Notes: generated from the sequence alone by a model not told the origin. DNA of 58,639 nt from a virus (IMGVR_UViG_3300034064_000176:1-58639), one strand, 5' to 3'; shown: positions 29,562-43,403, counted from the stretch's first letter. Numbers and translations are program-made.

Positions 29562-29744
29562 GTGGAAGCCTTGATCGATTCCCTCGCAAGGGTTTGGTTC
29601 TTGGGGGTTGCGCTTGTTGGCGTGGCCGTTTATGCCGTGACCATTAAGACTCGGCTTGATTACCTTGAGAAGGACCACGACAGGCAAATCCACGCGCTTT
29701 GGGAACATGTCAACCGATTGATCAAAGAGAAGTCCAGTGAATGA
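29562..29744 (+). CDS. Small single-TM protein
   Basis: TM followed by coiled coil; GTG start. Confidence 0.55.
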   Translation: MEALIDSLARVWFLGVALVGVAVYAVTIKTRLDYLEKDHDRQIHALWEHVNRLIKEKSSE

Positions 29745-30204
29745 GGCTAAGAAGCTTTGCAAGGATGTACTGATCAAGCCCTTTGAAGGGCTGGCAAAGC
29801 GTTTGCCTGATGGCCGTGTAACAGCCTATCCCGACCCTGGGACTCGTGGCCATCCTTGGACCATAGGATGGGGTGCTACGGGCCCAGAAATCAATCCTGG
29901 GACCATCTGGACGATCGAGCAGTGCGAGGACGCCCTAGACCACCACGTCGAATATTTCGTGCGGGGTTTGCTCAAGATGTCGCCCAGCCTGTCAAAAGCG
30001 ATCCCAAGGCGCATGGCAGCGGTTACAAGCTGGGCCTATAACTGCGGCCTTGGTAACTACAGGGTGAGCACCTTCAAAAAGCGCATCGACGCCGATAACT
30101 GGGATGGTGCCGCGGATGAGTGCCTGAAATGGAATAAAGCCGCTGGCAGGGTTTTGCCAGGACTAACCCGTAGGAGGGCGGCCGAGGCCGCGTTAATGCG
30201 ATGA
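29737..30204 (+). CDS. Endolysin, GH24 phage lysozyme
   Basis: FEG..AYPDP..WTIGWG..YN.G..W.KA.G.VLPGL.RRR.AE. Confidence 0.93.
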   Translation: MNEAKKLCKDVLIKPFEGLAKRLPDGRVTAYPDPGTRGHPWTIGWGATGPEINPGTIWTIEQCEDALDHHVEYFVRGLLKMSPSLSKAIPRRMAAVTSWAYNCGLGNYRVSTFKKRIDADNWDGAADECLKWNKAAGRVLPGLTRRRAAEAALMR

Positions 30205-30602
30205 GTTCAGCGATCAAGTCAGATCCGGCCAAGTGGAAGCGCATTGTGGCGTCCGTAAAAGCCTCCGATAAAGGCGGCGATCCAGGCCAATGGAGCGCCC
30301 GCAAGGCTCAGTTAGCGACCCAGAAGTACAAAGCTTCGGGTGGGGGTTACAAAGGTCCCAAAAAGGCGGATAATTCGCTCTCAAAGTGGACGAGCGAGGA
30401 TTGGGGTACAAAATCCGGTAAGCCTTCCACGCAAGGGCCTAAGGCCACCGGTGAACGGTACCTGCCCCGGAGAGCGCGAGAGGCGCTTTCGCCTGCTGAG
30501 TATGCAGCCACCACACGCGCTAAGCGTGAGGGTACCAAGTCCGGTAAGCAATTTGTCGCTCAACCCTCGAAGATCCGCGAGAAAACTGCAAGGTACCGAT
30601 AA
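30201..30602 (+). CDS. Basic protein, DUF5872-like
   Basis: WSARKAQ..YK..GGGY..W..EDW.T..ERYLP. Confidence 0.65.
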   Translation: MSSAIKSDPAKWKRIVASVKASDKGGDPGQWSARKAQLATQKYKASGGGYKGPKKADNSLSKWTSEDWGTKSGKPSTQGPKATGERYLPRRAREALSPAEYAATTRAKREGTKSGKQFVAQPSKIREKTARYR

Positions 30603-31231
30603 TGGCTGTCACCATGACCTACACGTCCCTGGTAGCGGATGTCACGCTCTACCTGGAACGCTCGGACGCGCAGACGATCAATCAGATCCCGTCTTTTATC
30701 AACCTCGCCGAGTCGATTATCTCCGACGAGCTAAAGATCCTTGGTCAGCAGCAAACTGTTTCCACGACCTTGGTGCAGGGTGACCCAACGCTTCAAAAGC
30801 CAACCCGCTGGAGGAAAACGACCTCCATGAATGTAACGGTGGCCGGGGAGCGTTTCCCATTATTGCTTCGTAAGTATGAATACATGCGCAATTACTGGCC
30901 CGATCCAACGCAAGAGGACGTGCCAAAATACTATGGCGACTACGACTTCGATCATTGGCTTATTGCGCCAACGCCAAGCGATGATTATGCGATTGAGATC
31001 CTTTACTACGAGAAGATCCAGCCGCTAGACGCAACCAATCAAACGAACTGGTTCACGATCAACGCGCCTCAGGCAATGTTGTACGGCACGCTCCTGCAAG
31101 CGATGCCCTTCTTGAAGAACGATTCTCGAGTTCAGCTTTGGCAAGCCCTGTACGACCGTGCGGTACAGACGCTCAAGCTTGAGAACGATACTCGCACGAT
31201 CGATCGATCTGCTACGGTGCAAGAAGTATGA
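30602..31231 (+). CDS. Head-tail adaptor/tail tubular protein
   Basis: TY.SL..V..YL..IP.FI.LAE; APTP..Y..EI.YY; TNW..AP..LYG.L. Confidence 0.75.
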   Translation: MAVTMTYTSLVADVTLYLERSDAQTINQIPSFINLAESIISDELKILGQQQTVSTTLVQGDPTLQKPTRWRKTTSMNVTVAGERFPLLLRKYEYMRNYWPDPTQEDVPKYYGDYDFDHWLIAPTPSDDYAIEILYYEKIQPLDATNQTNWFTINAPQAMLYGTLLQAMPFLKNDSRVQLWQALYDRAVQTLKLENDTRTIDRSATVQEV

Positions 31232-32436
31232 CCTCATACGTTAGTGTTTTCACGGGCGACGTCATCCAACCGACAGACGTCAGTTATAAATCGTTTTCCA
31301 TATCGGCAAACCTTGTCCTGTTTTGGCCGCAAGATGGTGATGCTGCTGGCGATTACGCTGCCAGGGTCATGCAGATCTCGGCATCAACGACAAGCCTGTC
31401 GGTATATATGCCGCCTGCCAATCAAACTTCGGTTGGCACGGACTCGCTTATTAGAAACACCGGCTCAAATACTTTCACGGTCCGCGACTACGCTGGTAAC
31501 ACCATCGTAGCCGTTGCCGCCGGTGAGGCTAAATACATTTATGTAACGGATAATTCCACAGCCGCTGGAACCTGGGGCGTTATTGCTTTTGGCGTGGGAT
31601 CAAGCTCAGCCGATGCCGCATCGCTTGCTGGATATGGCCTTAAAGCCATAACAACAACGCTTAACCAGTCTCATCCTGTTGCAACGGTTACCAGCACTTT
31701 TACTGCCGACGCAACCTATCGGGCCAAGGCAATAGTTTGGACTGGCGGCGTTGGCACGCTTAACCTTACCGCGGCCGCAACACTCGGTGACGATTGGTTC
31801 ATGATGATCCGCAACGGCGGAACCGGGTTGCTGACCATTGACCCTAATAGCTCTGAACTCATCAATGGTTCGGCAAGCCTTGCCTTGCAGATTGGAGACT
31901 CGGCTTTTATCTGCTGCTCGGGTACCGCGTTTTATACCGTTGGGCTTGGCCAGGAAACGACATTTGCGTACTCTCAATTAACCCTTCCGGTTACTTCGGG
32001 ATCAACCTACACGCTTACACCGGCCCAGGCCCAAAACACGATCATCAAGGTCACAGGGACCTCGATTAACAGTAACGTGACGGTCGTCCTTCCTGCTGCG
32101 GTTCAGGTTTACTTTGCCTTAAATCAAACATCTGGAACGGCAAACGTCATTTTCACGACTAACGTCGGAGGCGGTACTAATTCCTCGTTGGCGGCTTCTC
32201 AACAAGCCACGTTGGTTTGCGACTCCGTTAATGTCTTGAACGCAACCACGGTTATTACCGGTGGATCTGCGATCTCAATCATTGATGGGTCTGCTGCGTC
32301 TCCGGCCTTGAACTTTACCAATGAGACCAATACTGGTATGTACCGGCCAACCGGCGGATCGGCTATTGGTATGTCTATTGGCGGCACAGCCAAGATGCTA
32401 CTAACAACCGATGGATTGGCTGGAGGTGCGTTTTAA
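31228..32436 (+). CDS. Tail structural protein
   Basis: Beta-rich repeats; DGS.ASP.L.F..E.NTG.Y; ends GGAF. Confidence 0.65.
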   Translation: MTSYVSVFTGDVIQPTDVSYKSFSISANLVLFWPQDGDAAGDYAARVMQISASTTSLSVYMPPANQTSVGTDSLIRNTGSNTFTVRDYAGNTIVAVAAGEAKYIYVTDNSTAAGTWGVIAFGVGSSSADAASLAGYGLKAITTTLNQSHPVATVTSTFTADATYRAKAIVWTGGVGTLNLTAAATLGDDWFMMIRNGGTGLLTIDPNSSELINGSASLALQIGDSAFICCSGTAFYTVGLGQETTFAYSQLTLPVTSGSTYTLTPAQAQNTIIKVTGTSINSNVTVVLPAAVQVYFALNQTSGTANVIFTTNVGGGTNSSLAASQQATLVCDSVNVLNATTVITGGSAISIIDGSAASPALNFTNETNTGMYRPTGGSAIGMSIGGTAKMLLTTDGLAGGAF

Positions 32437-34523
32437 TGACTGAAAAAGTCATTACGATCAATACCCAGCCTGGGATACGCCGGGACGGTACCGTTTTGGA
32501 CGGGGATCAATACTCTGATGGCTTATGGGTACGCTTTCAGCGCGGACGGCCTAGAAAAGTCCTTGGCGTTAAGCGGATCTCCAATCAGATCTATGGCCCG
32601 ACTCGAGGGATGTTCGTTGATTCCAGCAACGGCATTAACAACATCTTTACGTCCTACGCTTCAGGCATTCAGGTTATTGGCGTCGATAACAACGGCGTCG
32701 GTGCTGGCGTCTCTAATTTCACCTTTACGGGACCGGCAGCAACGCTTGGAACGCTTGTAGGCGGTACGGGTTATACCAACGGCACCTATAACGGCGTGGC
32801 CATGACCGGAGGTACCGGAACCGGCCTTTATTGCAACATCACGATCGCTGGCGGGTCCGTAACGTCAGTCGTTATTACAACAACCGGCCCGATTTTGACG
32901 CTCGGAACCATTACGGGCGGATCTGCATACACAAACGGCACTTATACCGACGTTCCTCTTACTGGAGGCCTCGGTTCAGGAGCCATTGCGACGGTCACAA
33001 TCTCCGCCGGGGCGGTCACAGCGGTCGCTTTAACCGATTTAGGCGCCGGATACACCCCTGGTGACGTGCTTTCAGCTACCACGGCCAATCTTGGCGGCAC
33101 TGGCTCAGGCTTTTCAGTGCCAGTTTCGACCATTACGGTCGCTTATACGCAATCAGGCGTCGGTTATACGGTCGGAAATTCGCTTTCGGCGAGTGCCACG
33201 AACCTTGGCGGGACTGTAACAACGCCATTTAGCATCCAAGTTGCGACTATTAGTTCGGTTTTCACTGCAAGCGCCAATAATGTTTATCAATTCGACTCTT
33301 CTTACGATTCGCAGGGTGGTGTAAATCAGCTTTTGGTCCACCCAGGGCAGAATCTGGCGCAGGTCGACTCGACAACCAACACGCCAGTGCTTTATGGCGC
33401 GATTACAGGGACGACATTGACCGAGCTTCGTGACGTCAGCGGTCCTGATCCGACGGGTGACATCGTCTCAGTCTCTGGTGGCGTTGTCGCCCTTCATCCG
33501 TACATCTTCGTTTACGGCAACTCGGGCTTGATCAAGAACAATTCCAAGGGTAACCCCCTGGACTGGAACTCAGCCGATGCCAACGAGGTCAACGTCGCTA
33601 CAGGCAAGATCGTCAAAGGCCTTCCGGTGCGAGGCGGCACGAACGCGCCCTCCGGTTTATTCTGGTCGCTTGATTCCCTGATTCGCGTCTCTTATATCGG
33701 CGCCCCGGATTACTGGCGCTACGACATTATTACCTCGCAGTCTTCGATTCTCTCGTCTTCGGGCGTTATCGAGTACGACGGGATCTATTACTGGTGCGGC
33801 GTTGATCGTTTCTTGATGTACAACGGCGTGGTTCAAGAGATCCCGAACCCGATGAACCAAAACTGGTTCTTCGACAATCTGAACTATACCCAGCGGCAGA
33901 AGGTCTGGGTTACCAAAGTACCAAGGTACGGTGAGATCTGGTGGTTCTACCCTCGAGGGTCGGCCACCGAATGTACCGATGCGATTATTTACAACGTCCG
34001 CGAAAAGACGTGGTACGACGCAGGCCAAAGCATTCACGCTCAACGCTCCTCGGGTTATTTCTCCCAGGTTTTCAAGTATCCGGTCGCCGGAGGCACTGAA
34101 GACATTGGCGGCGGATATACCAAGCTTTGGCAGCATGAGGTCGGCGTGGATGTTGTGGACGGCCCTTCGGTATCTGCCATCGACTCATATTTCACGACGC
34201 ACGACCTGTCCTGGGTGACTGGTAACCCTGCGCAGGAGGTCCCGATCGGGGACAATTTCTGGTCTCGCTTAGAGCGCGTGGAGCCTGATTTTCTGCAAGA
34301 CCAAGAGATGACCATGTACATCATTGGGCGTCCTTACGCGCAGGCAGCCGACGTTACAAGCGGACCTTATACGTTTGATGCAAGCACGACCAAGATCGAC
34401 TTAAAAGAACAGCGCCGGGAACTGAGGCTCAAGTTCGAGTCCAACATCATCGGCGGGGACTATCAAATGGGTCGCATTCTCTTGTCGCTCGATATGGGCG
34501 ATGTCAGGGGTTACACGCCATGA
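32436..34523 (+). CDS. Tail nozzle/stabilisation protein with Gly/Thr-rich insertion
   Basis: PGI.RD.T..VRF..G.P.K N-terminus; YWCG.DRF.MYNG; EIWWFYP..YN..E.TW. Confidence 0.72.
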   Translation: MTEKVITINTQPGIRRDGTVLDGDQYSDGLWVRFQRGRPRKVLGVKRISNQIYGPTRGMFVDSSNGINNIFTSYASGIQVIGVDNNGVGAGVSNFTFTGPAATLGTLVGGTGYTNGTYNGVAMTGGTGTGLYCNITIAGGSVTSVVITTTGPILTLGTITGGSAYTNGTYTDVPLTGGLGSGAIATVTISAGAVTAVALTDLGAGYTPGDVLSATTANLGGTGSGFSVPVSTITVAYTQSGVGYTVGNSLSASATNLGGTVTTPFSIQVATISSVFTASANNVYQFDSSYDSQGGVNQLLVHPGQNLAQVDSTTNTPVLYGAITGTTLTELRDVSGPDPTGDIVSVSGGVVALHPYIFVYGNSGLIKNNSKGNPLDWNSADANEVNVATGKIVKGLPVRGGTNAPSGLFWSLDSLIRVSYIGAPDYWRYDIITSQSSILSSSGVIEYDGIYYWCGVDRFLMYNGVVQEIPNPMNQNWFFDNLNYTQRQKVWVTKVPRYGEIWWFYPRGSATECTDAIIYNVREKTWYDAGQSIHAQRSSGYFSQVFKYPVAGGTEDIGGGYTKLWQHEVGVDVVDGPSVSAIDSYFTTHDLSWVTGNPAQEVPIGDNFWSRLERVEPDFLQDQEMTMYIIGRPYAQAADVTSGPYTFDASTTKIDLKEQRRELRLKFESNIIGGDYQMGRILLSLDMGDVRGYTP

Positions 34524-34750
34524 CGCAGATCTACGACCCCCGGAACATGGAATGGTCCTACTGGAACGCGCTCATCGCGGAAAAGTACGAGGCCCAGCAG
34601 CTTATGTGGCCGGTACCCGAAGAGAACTGGAAGGACTTCGCGCTTTCGATCTGCTCGATCGCTTTGTTCTCAAACTATGGCGTACCGACCCCGCACGGGT
34701 TCGACCGATGGCAAGATTGGGCCTTCGCTTTCAATAACGCGGTGAACTAA
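34520..34750 (+). CDS. Small Trp-rich hypothetical protein
   Basis: Coupled to its neighbours; DPR.M.W..W..P.P..F..WQDWA. Confidence 0.7.
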   Translation: MTQIYDPRNMEWSYWNALIAEKYEAQQLMWPVPEENWKDFALSICSIALFSNYGVPTPHGFDRWQDWAFAFNNAVN

Positions 34751-38359
<3,609 letters not shown>

Positions 38360-38361
38360 TC

Positions 38362-39336
38362 ATGCCATTCGATTGGACCCAAGGCGCAGCGCCACCGCCG
38401 GTTAATATCAAGCAAGCCCAGTCGACTACGGCGCCTGGGTTTTATACCGACTACCTCAAGAAGCTTGGCAGTGCTGGCGAGGGCTTCCTTGGCACTGAGG
38501 CCCCTCAATACGCTGGGCAACAAGAACTGCAAACCACGGCCTTTGACGAGGCCAAGAATCGCATGTTTGGTGGCCAGGGATACCTGGACGCCGCCTCGAG
38601 GTTTGGTCAGGCCGGTGGTGCTACAACCGCTCAGCAATTGCAGGGCTATGACTACACCGACCCCGTAACTGGCGAGACGACCACGATGGGCGGGGGTTAT
38701 ATGAACCCCTACATCAAGGACGTTGTCTCGGAGATCAACCGACTAGGTCAGCGTCAAATGAAAGAGGCTCTGCCCGGAATGGGTGGCCTTGGCGTTGGGA
38801 CCGGTGGATTTGGTGGCAAGCGCGGTCTTCAGCAGGAAGGTATTGCTAAGCGTCAGGCTCTTGCGGATATTCTTGGTGCTCAGTCCGGTGCCTTATCCCA
38901 GGGTTATGACATGGCCTCCAAGCTTGCGGCGGGTGATCTTGGTCGTTACTTGCAAGGTGCTCAGACCATGGGTGCGCTTGGTCAGATTGCATCAGGTACC
39001 AATATTGCAGAATTGCAGAATCTGGCCTCATTAGGGGCCCAGCAGCAAGCGATCGCCCAAGGCGAAGAGAACTTCCCCTTGCAGACTGCGCAGGCCGTCT
39101 CAGGCCTTATGAGGGGCTATACGATGCCCACTGACACCTCGTCGACCTATGAAGGTCCGCTTGCCGGTCTTCAGTACAGCCCGTCGGGATTGCAGCAGGT
39201 CAGTACGCTTGCCGGTTTGTTTGCACCAACAGGCACTGGCGGCACGGGCGCATCGGCGATCGAAGGAATTATAAAGGCTGGGACTAGCGCAGTAGACGCT
39301 ATTGGTAGATTGTTTGGTGACAAACCCGGTGGCTGA
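38362..39336 (+). CDS. Putative DNA ejection/pilot protein
   Basis: Gln/Gly/Ala-rich; YMNPY...V and G.FGG.R motifs. Confidence 0.62.
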   Translation: MPFDWTQGAAPPPVNIKQAQSTTAPGFYTDYLKKLGSAGEGFLGTEAPQYAGQQELQTTAFDEAKNRMFGGQGYLDAASRFGQAGGATTAQQLQGYDYTDPVTGETTTMGGGYMNPYIKDVVSEINRLGQRQMKEALPGMGGLGVGTGGFGGKRGLQQEGIAKRQALADILGAQSGALSQGYDMASKLAAGDLGRYLQGAQTMGALGQIASGTNIAELQNLASLGAQQQAIAQGEENFPLQTAQAVSGLMRGYTMPTDTSSTYEGPLAGLQYSPSGLQQVSTLAGLFAPTGTGGTGASAIEGIIKAGTSAVDAIGRLFGDKPGG

Positions 39337-39354
39337 TCTTAATCGGAGATAACG

Positions 39355-41118
39355 ATGGCTCTCGAAATGTTTCAGGGCGAGGATGCTGAAGAAACCGGCA
39401 TGCTTGGCGGTGGCATTGACCCCAAGAATTTTCAGCTTCCGGTTAATCGGCAACCCGCTCCAGGCGGTTTGACGCAGGCCGCTCCTGGCGGTCTTGGTGC
39501 TGCGAAGCAGGACTACCTAAAAGCCACGCAAGACATGATTACCGCGCTTGAGCGCCGGATCAGTGGCGAGGGTTACGATATATCCCGCCTGCTCTTCGCC
39601 TTTGGCCAGCCTACCGGCACTGGATCAATCGGTAGTGCTCTTGCAAACTTGGGCGCGGAGGCCTCGAGGCAGCGTGGTGAGCAAGAGAAGAACCTCCCGA
39701 GCATGATGAAGATGCGGACCGAACTGGCCGCTAATCGTCTTGCCATGGCCCAACAAGAAGAGGCTGAACGAATTGCAACCATGCTCGGCATCGGGGCGCC
39801 CGGGGCCAACGTGCAGGCCGCACCTGGATCGGGAGCCTCTGCCGAAGCCGCGGTTGGTAACCCGCAGGCTCGTCGTTTGATGGCCATGGACCCCGAGCAG
39901 CTTTTAGCGATTACAAGACCCCTCGGCTCTGCTGGCGAAAAGCTTTATAACCAAGTTATGCAGGCCAGGGAAGACTATCGCAAGAACTTCTTGCCTGGAG
40001 GCGACGGATCTTTCTATGTACCGGGAACCGGTGAGCGAATTTATAACCCCGCGGAACTTGCCAAGCCAATTGAGCGCCAATTAAACCTTGGTAACTTTAG
40101 CGGCGACATCAAGATGCCCCTTGGCGACTGGATGAAGTACGACGAGATCATGAACAAGGGCGGTCAGGCAGAGGCCGCTAAGTTCATCGTCGGCAAGATC
40201 CCGGGCCTTGGCGAGAGGATAGGGGCTATTGCGCCACCAAGACCGCTCGATTCGACAACTGTAGCGCCTGCTCAGCAGCCTGCTATCCAACCAGCTTCAG
40301 AGGCACCTGCGCAAGCCGCTGCTGGACCAAAATTTGAGACTGCTGGCGAAAGAGAACAGCGCTTAAAAGCAGAGTCCAAGCAGACCGAAGAGAATATCTC
40401 GATGCTGACCGGCGAGGTTAAGGAGGCCCGTGCGCCGATTCTTACTCGTTACGACAAGGCCGACTCCCTCCAGCAAGAAGCCAAGCAAATGATGCAATTG
40501 GCCTCGGCATACCCCTATGCGGTTGGGATCTTCAACAAGCCTGGGGGTCAGTACGCCCTTGCGCAATTCATTAAGGAGGGCATCCGTGTTGGTGGCACGA
40601 ACGTCACTATCGGAGGCTTTGAGGACGGCATGAGGCGGTTGGTACGGGCTAATCCTGAAATGGTCGCCAGGGTCGCGAAAGAGCGCGGGATTTCAAACGA
40701 TGAAGCTCAAAAATACTTGCAGCAGCAAGGCTTGGATGCAGCGTCATTGCTCTTGCAGTCTGAGCGTAGGCTAGATTCTCTGTTGAATAAGGCAGAGCGT
40801 AAGGGCGAGGGTCAAGTGTCGAACTACGAGCGTGTCTTGTTTGGCCAGCTTTTACCAAGCCTTTCGAATGATCCGATCAAGGCCTACCTTGTGAAGACCC
40901 TGGCTCTTCAAGAAATGGCCAAGTTCGACAAGCAGGTTGGGGACCTTTTGAGAAGGCGCTCTGAGGCCAAGCAGTACGACCCAAGGCAAATGTACGACTC
41001 GGATGAGTACAAGCGCATTCGTGCAAATTACGTCAATGCACTCGATGGCTCGATGCGCGAGTTCTTCCCGGAAATGAGGGGTAAGCTTGCTGAGGCTAGA
41101 AAAGTGGCGGGGGTCTAA
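39355..41118 (+). CDS. Putative internal virion/ejection protein
   Basis: 587 aa, helical; GQVSNYER motif; in the ejection cluster. Confidence 0.55.
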   Translation: MALEMFQGEDAEETGMLGGGIDPKNFQLPVNRQPAPGGLTQAAPGGLGAAKQDYLKATQDMITALERRISGEGYDISRLLFAFGQPTGTGSIGSALANLGAEASRQRGEQEKNLPSMMKMRTELAANRLAMAQQEEAERIATMLGIGAPGANVQAAPGSGASAEAAVGNPQARRLMAMDPEQLLAITRPLGSAGEKLYNQVMQAREDYRKNFLPGGDGSFYVPGTGERIYNPAELAKPIERQLNLGNFSGDIKMPLGDWMKYDEIMNKGGQAEAAKFIVGKIPGLGERIGAIAPPRPLDSTTVAPAQQPAIQPASEAPAQAAAGPKFETAGEREQRLKAESKQTEENISMLTGEVKEARAPILTRYDKADSLQQEAKQMMQLASAYPYAVGIFNKPGGQYALAQFIKEGIRVGGTNVTIGGFEDGMRRLVRANPEMVARVAKERGISNDEAQKYLQQQGLDAASLLLQSERRLDSLLNKAERKGEGQVSNYERVLFGQLLPSLSNDPIKAYLVKTLALQEMAKFDKQVGDLLRRRSEAKQYDPRQMYDSDEYKRIRANYVNALDGSMREFFPEMRGKLAEARKVAGV

Positions 41119-42372
41119 ATGGTCGATCTTGAAAAGCTTAACGAGTCCCAGCGTCGCATAGCCGATAAAGTCATCAAGGCCGCTGAGCAGGAGGGCGTTG
41201 ACCCTCAACTGGCTCTTGCAGTTGCTCAAGTTGAGTCTGGGTTCTCCCAGGCTCAGAAAAGTAATAAGGGTGCTATTGGCGTCATGCAGCTTATGCCTGC
41301 CACCGCTAAGGGTCTAGGCGTGAACCCAAAGAAAATGGACGACAACATCCGTGGCGGGGTCATGTACCTCAAGGAAATGCTCGACCTTACTGGCGGCGAC
41401 GTCCGAAAAGCTTTGGTCGGTTATAACGGCGGACCAAGGTTTGCCAAGATGGACAACCCGCCCAACATGGACTATGCCGACCAAGTCAATGCGATTTATC
41501 CGTTCGACGCTGTTGGCCAAGCACGAAGGCTTAAGATGCAGCTTGAAGGCGGTGTCATACCGGCCGCGCAGCCAAGCCAAGAAGGCGAACCTGCCGAAAG
41601 CGAAGCGGCTCTTGAAGCAAGAAGGCTGGCCCAGCAGATCGATCAAATGCAGATCAATCAACCCGACGATCCTGCCATTGGTCGTGTCACGTCTGCCGCG
41701 GTAGGAGCGCCTGCTGGAGCCCTTTTAAGCGGCGCTGGAGCGGATCTTAAGCGTGGCTTGCAGCAAAGGCGCTTTGATGTCTTCCAAGAGGCTCAGAGGG
41801 CCGCTAGGGACCAGAATCTCGCAAAGCTAACCCAGGGCATGACTCCCGGTGAGAAGTGGGCCAGCAAGGTTACGGGCTATGTAAAGCCCGGAGTCGGAAC
41901 CGTTTCTGAGGCAGCTACCGATTATCGAAGGGCTATGCCTCAAGGCAAGATCTCAGGAAGGATGGCCAAGCTTTACGGGATTGCGGGTCCTGACGAGTCC
42001 CCTCAGCTTTCCCAGCGCCTTATTGATCGCGCTAAGAATGCTCCCGTCGTGGGAGAGGTTCGCCAAGGTTTGCCCGTTCAGCGTGTAGAGCGCCCTGGTG
42101 GCAGGATGACAGGGTTATTCAAAGGCTCGGCATTAGGAACTCTAGGCGGCGCAGGGGCAGGCTATTCGGCCTATGACGCCTATGACCGGTACATGCAAGG
42201 CGATATGCCCGGTGCAGCTTTAAGTGCGATCGGCGCCCTTGGTGGCGTTGCAGGCTTGGTGCCCCATCCCTTAACGCGAGGGGTTGGGCTTGCAACGACC
42301 GCGGCGGTTCCGTTTCTGACTGACCTTTACGATCGCTACAAGCCCCAGCGGACGATTACGCTTCCCGAATAA
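41119..42372 (+). CDS. Virion lytic transglycosylase (SLT) protein
   Basis: A.AQVESG..GAIGVMQLMPATA..NI.GG..YL..YNGG; C-terminal Gly-rich hydrophobic helices. Confidence 0.9.
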   Translation: MVDLEKLNESQRRIADKVIKAAEQEGVDPQLALAVAQVESGFSQAQKSNKGAIGVMQLMPATAKGLGVNPKKMDDNIRGGVMYLKEMLDLTGGDVRKALVGYNGGPRFAKMDNPPNMDYADQVNAIYPFDAVGQARRLKMQLEGGVIPAAQPSQEGEPAESEAALEARRLAQQIDQMQINQPDDPAIGRVTSAAVGAPAGALLSGAGADLKRGLQQRRFDVFQEAQRAARDQNLAKLTQGMTPGEKWASKVTGYVKPGVGTVSEAATDYRRAMPQGKISGRMAKLYGIAGPDESPQLSQRLIDRAKNAPVVGEVRQGLPVQRVERPGGRMTGLFKGSALGTLGGAGAGYSAYDAYDRYMQGDMPGAALSAIGALGGVAGLVPHPLTRGVGLATTAAVPFLTDLYDRYKPQRTITLPE

Positions 42373-43150
42373 GGTATTGGACCTTCTTGGTCTTTTCCTC
42401 GGGCGGTGACGTAAGCATAAGCTCCGGGGTTCCAAGGCTCCTTGCCATCTTGAAAAACAGGCTCTCCGGGTTGTTTGTGTAGGCCTTATCAGCCAAGGCG
42501 ATCAACATAAAATCGATCACGGCTCGAGCATTGCGGTTAAATGCGTTGCTTTCAGGCGTTTTATGGACGGGATAGTGCCCTTCTACGCCTGCGCACGAGA
42601 TTATCGATCCTGGGCTGATCTCGGCCCATTGCTGGGCAAGCCTTGCATCATCGGTTACGACGTAAGCGTCGCCTGATTGTTTATAAATTGCTTTTAAGTC
42701 GGAGCCCTGAGCATAACGGTCGGTTCCACGAAGATGCACCACGGTGCTTTCTTTGACAATGCAATTAAGACCTGAAGCTAATCGTAAGTGCCTGGAGAGC
42801 AGGGGCATGTTCCAGATACGAAACCCAATACCAGGGTGAACAATCACGTCGTGGGTGCTCGGCTCGAGCCTTTCCTCTTTGATGTCATAGGCCCAATCCT
42901 CTGAGCATCGGTCACCCAAAGCCTTCCAGATCGGTGGCCATACCGATTTGCCTTCAAAGTCAATCTTGTCAACCGTATAAGGGACGTTAACAAGGCGAAA
43001 GTATTGGTGAAAATCACCATTCCATTCCCTATTTCCCCAATTGACTTTTAGTATTCGATTGTGCTTGAGCGCGAAATCCAAGCAGTAAGACAGGCATTGC
43101 AGGCGGTCGCCTAGCCCCTCATACCCGTTGCTGATAACGTACTTTTCCAT
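42356..43150 (-). CDS. Fucosyltransferase-like glycosyltransferase (GT11/NodZ-type fold)
   Basis: GLGDRL, VHLRGTD, VVTDD, D..L..AD motifs. Confidence 0.72.
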   Translation of the reverse strand: MEKYVISNGYEGLGDRLQCLSYCLDFALKHNRILKVNWGNREWNGDFHQYFRLVNVPYTVDKIDFEGKSVWPPIWKALGDRCSEDWAYDIKEERLEPSTHDVIVHPGIGFRIWNMPLLSRHLRLASGLNCIVKESTVVHLRGTDRYAQGSDLKAIYKQSGDAYVVTDDARLAQQWAEISPGSIISCAGVEGHYPVHKTPESNAFNRNARAVIDFMLIALADKAYTNNPESLFFKMARSLGTPELMLTSPPEEKTKKVQYLIREA

Positions 43151-43403
43151 AATGCTTTCTGCACTCCTTACAGTGTGCTAAATGGCCTGGGCGGCCGGAT
43201 CGCTTGTAGAACGCCTTAATGGGTTTGACGGCATGGCACTTTGTGCAGCGCTTATTGCCTTCAAGTACCCAGTCCTTGCGAACGAAGAGTCGATCGGGCT
43301 CCCAGCCTGCATTGACCCTGTATTCAATCGTTGTCCTGGGGACGCCGGTCAGTAGCGACCACTCCCTCGAGGATCGGGTGAACATCCCGACGGTAATCAT
43401 CAT
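43119..43403 (-). CDS. HNH-endonuclease-associated DNA-binding/Zn-ribbon protein
   Basis: EWS..TG....I..R...GW; KRCTKC..KP..F..CKEC. Confidence 0.6.
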   Translation of the reverse strand: MMITVGMFTRSSREWSLLTGVPRTTIEYRVNAGWEPDRLFVRKDWVLEGNKRCTKCHAVKPIKAFYKRSGRPGHLAHCKECRKHYGKVRYQQRV

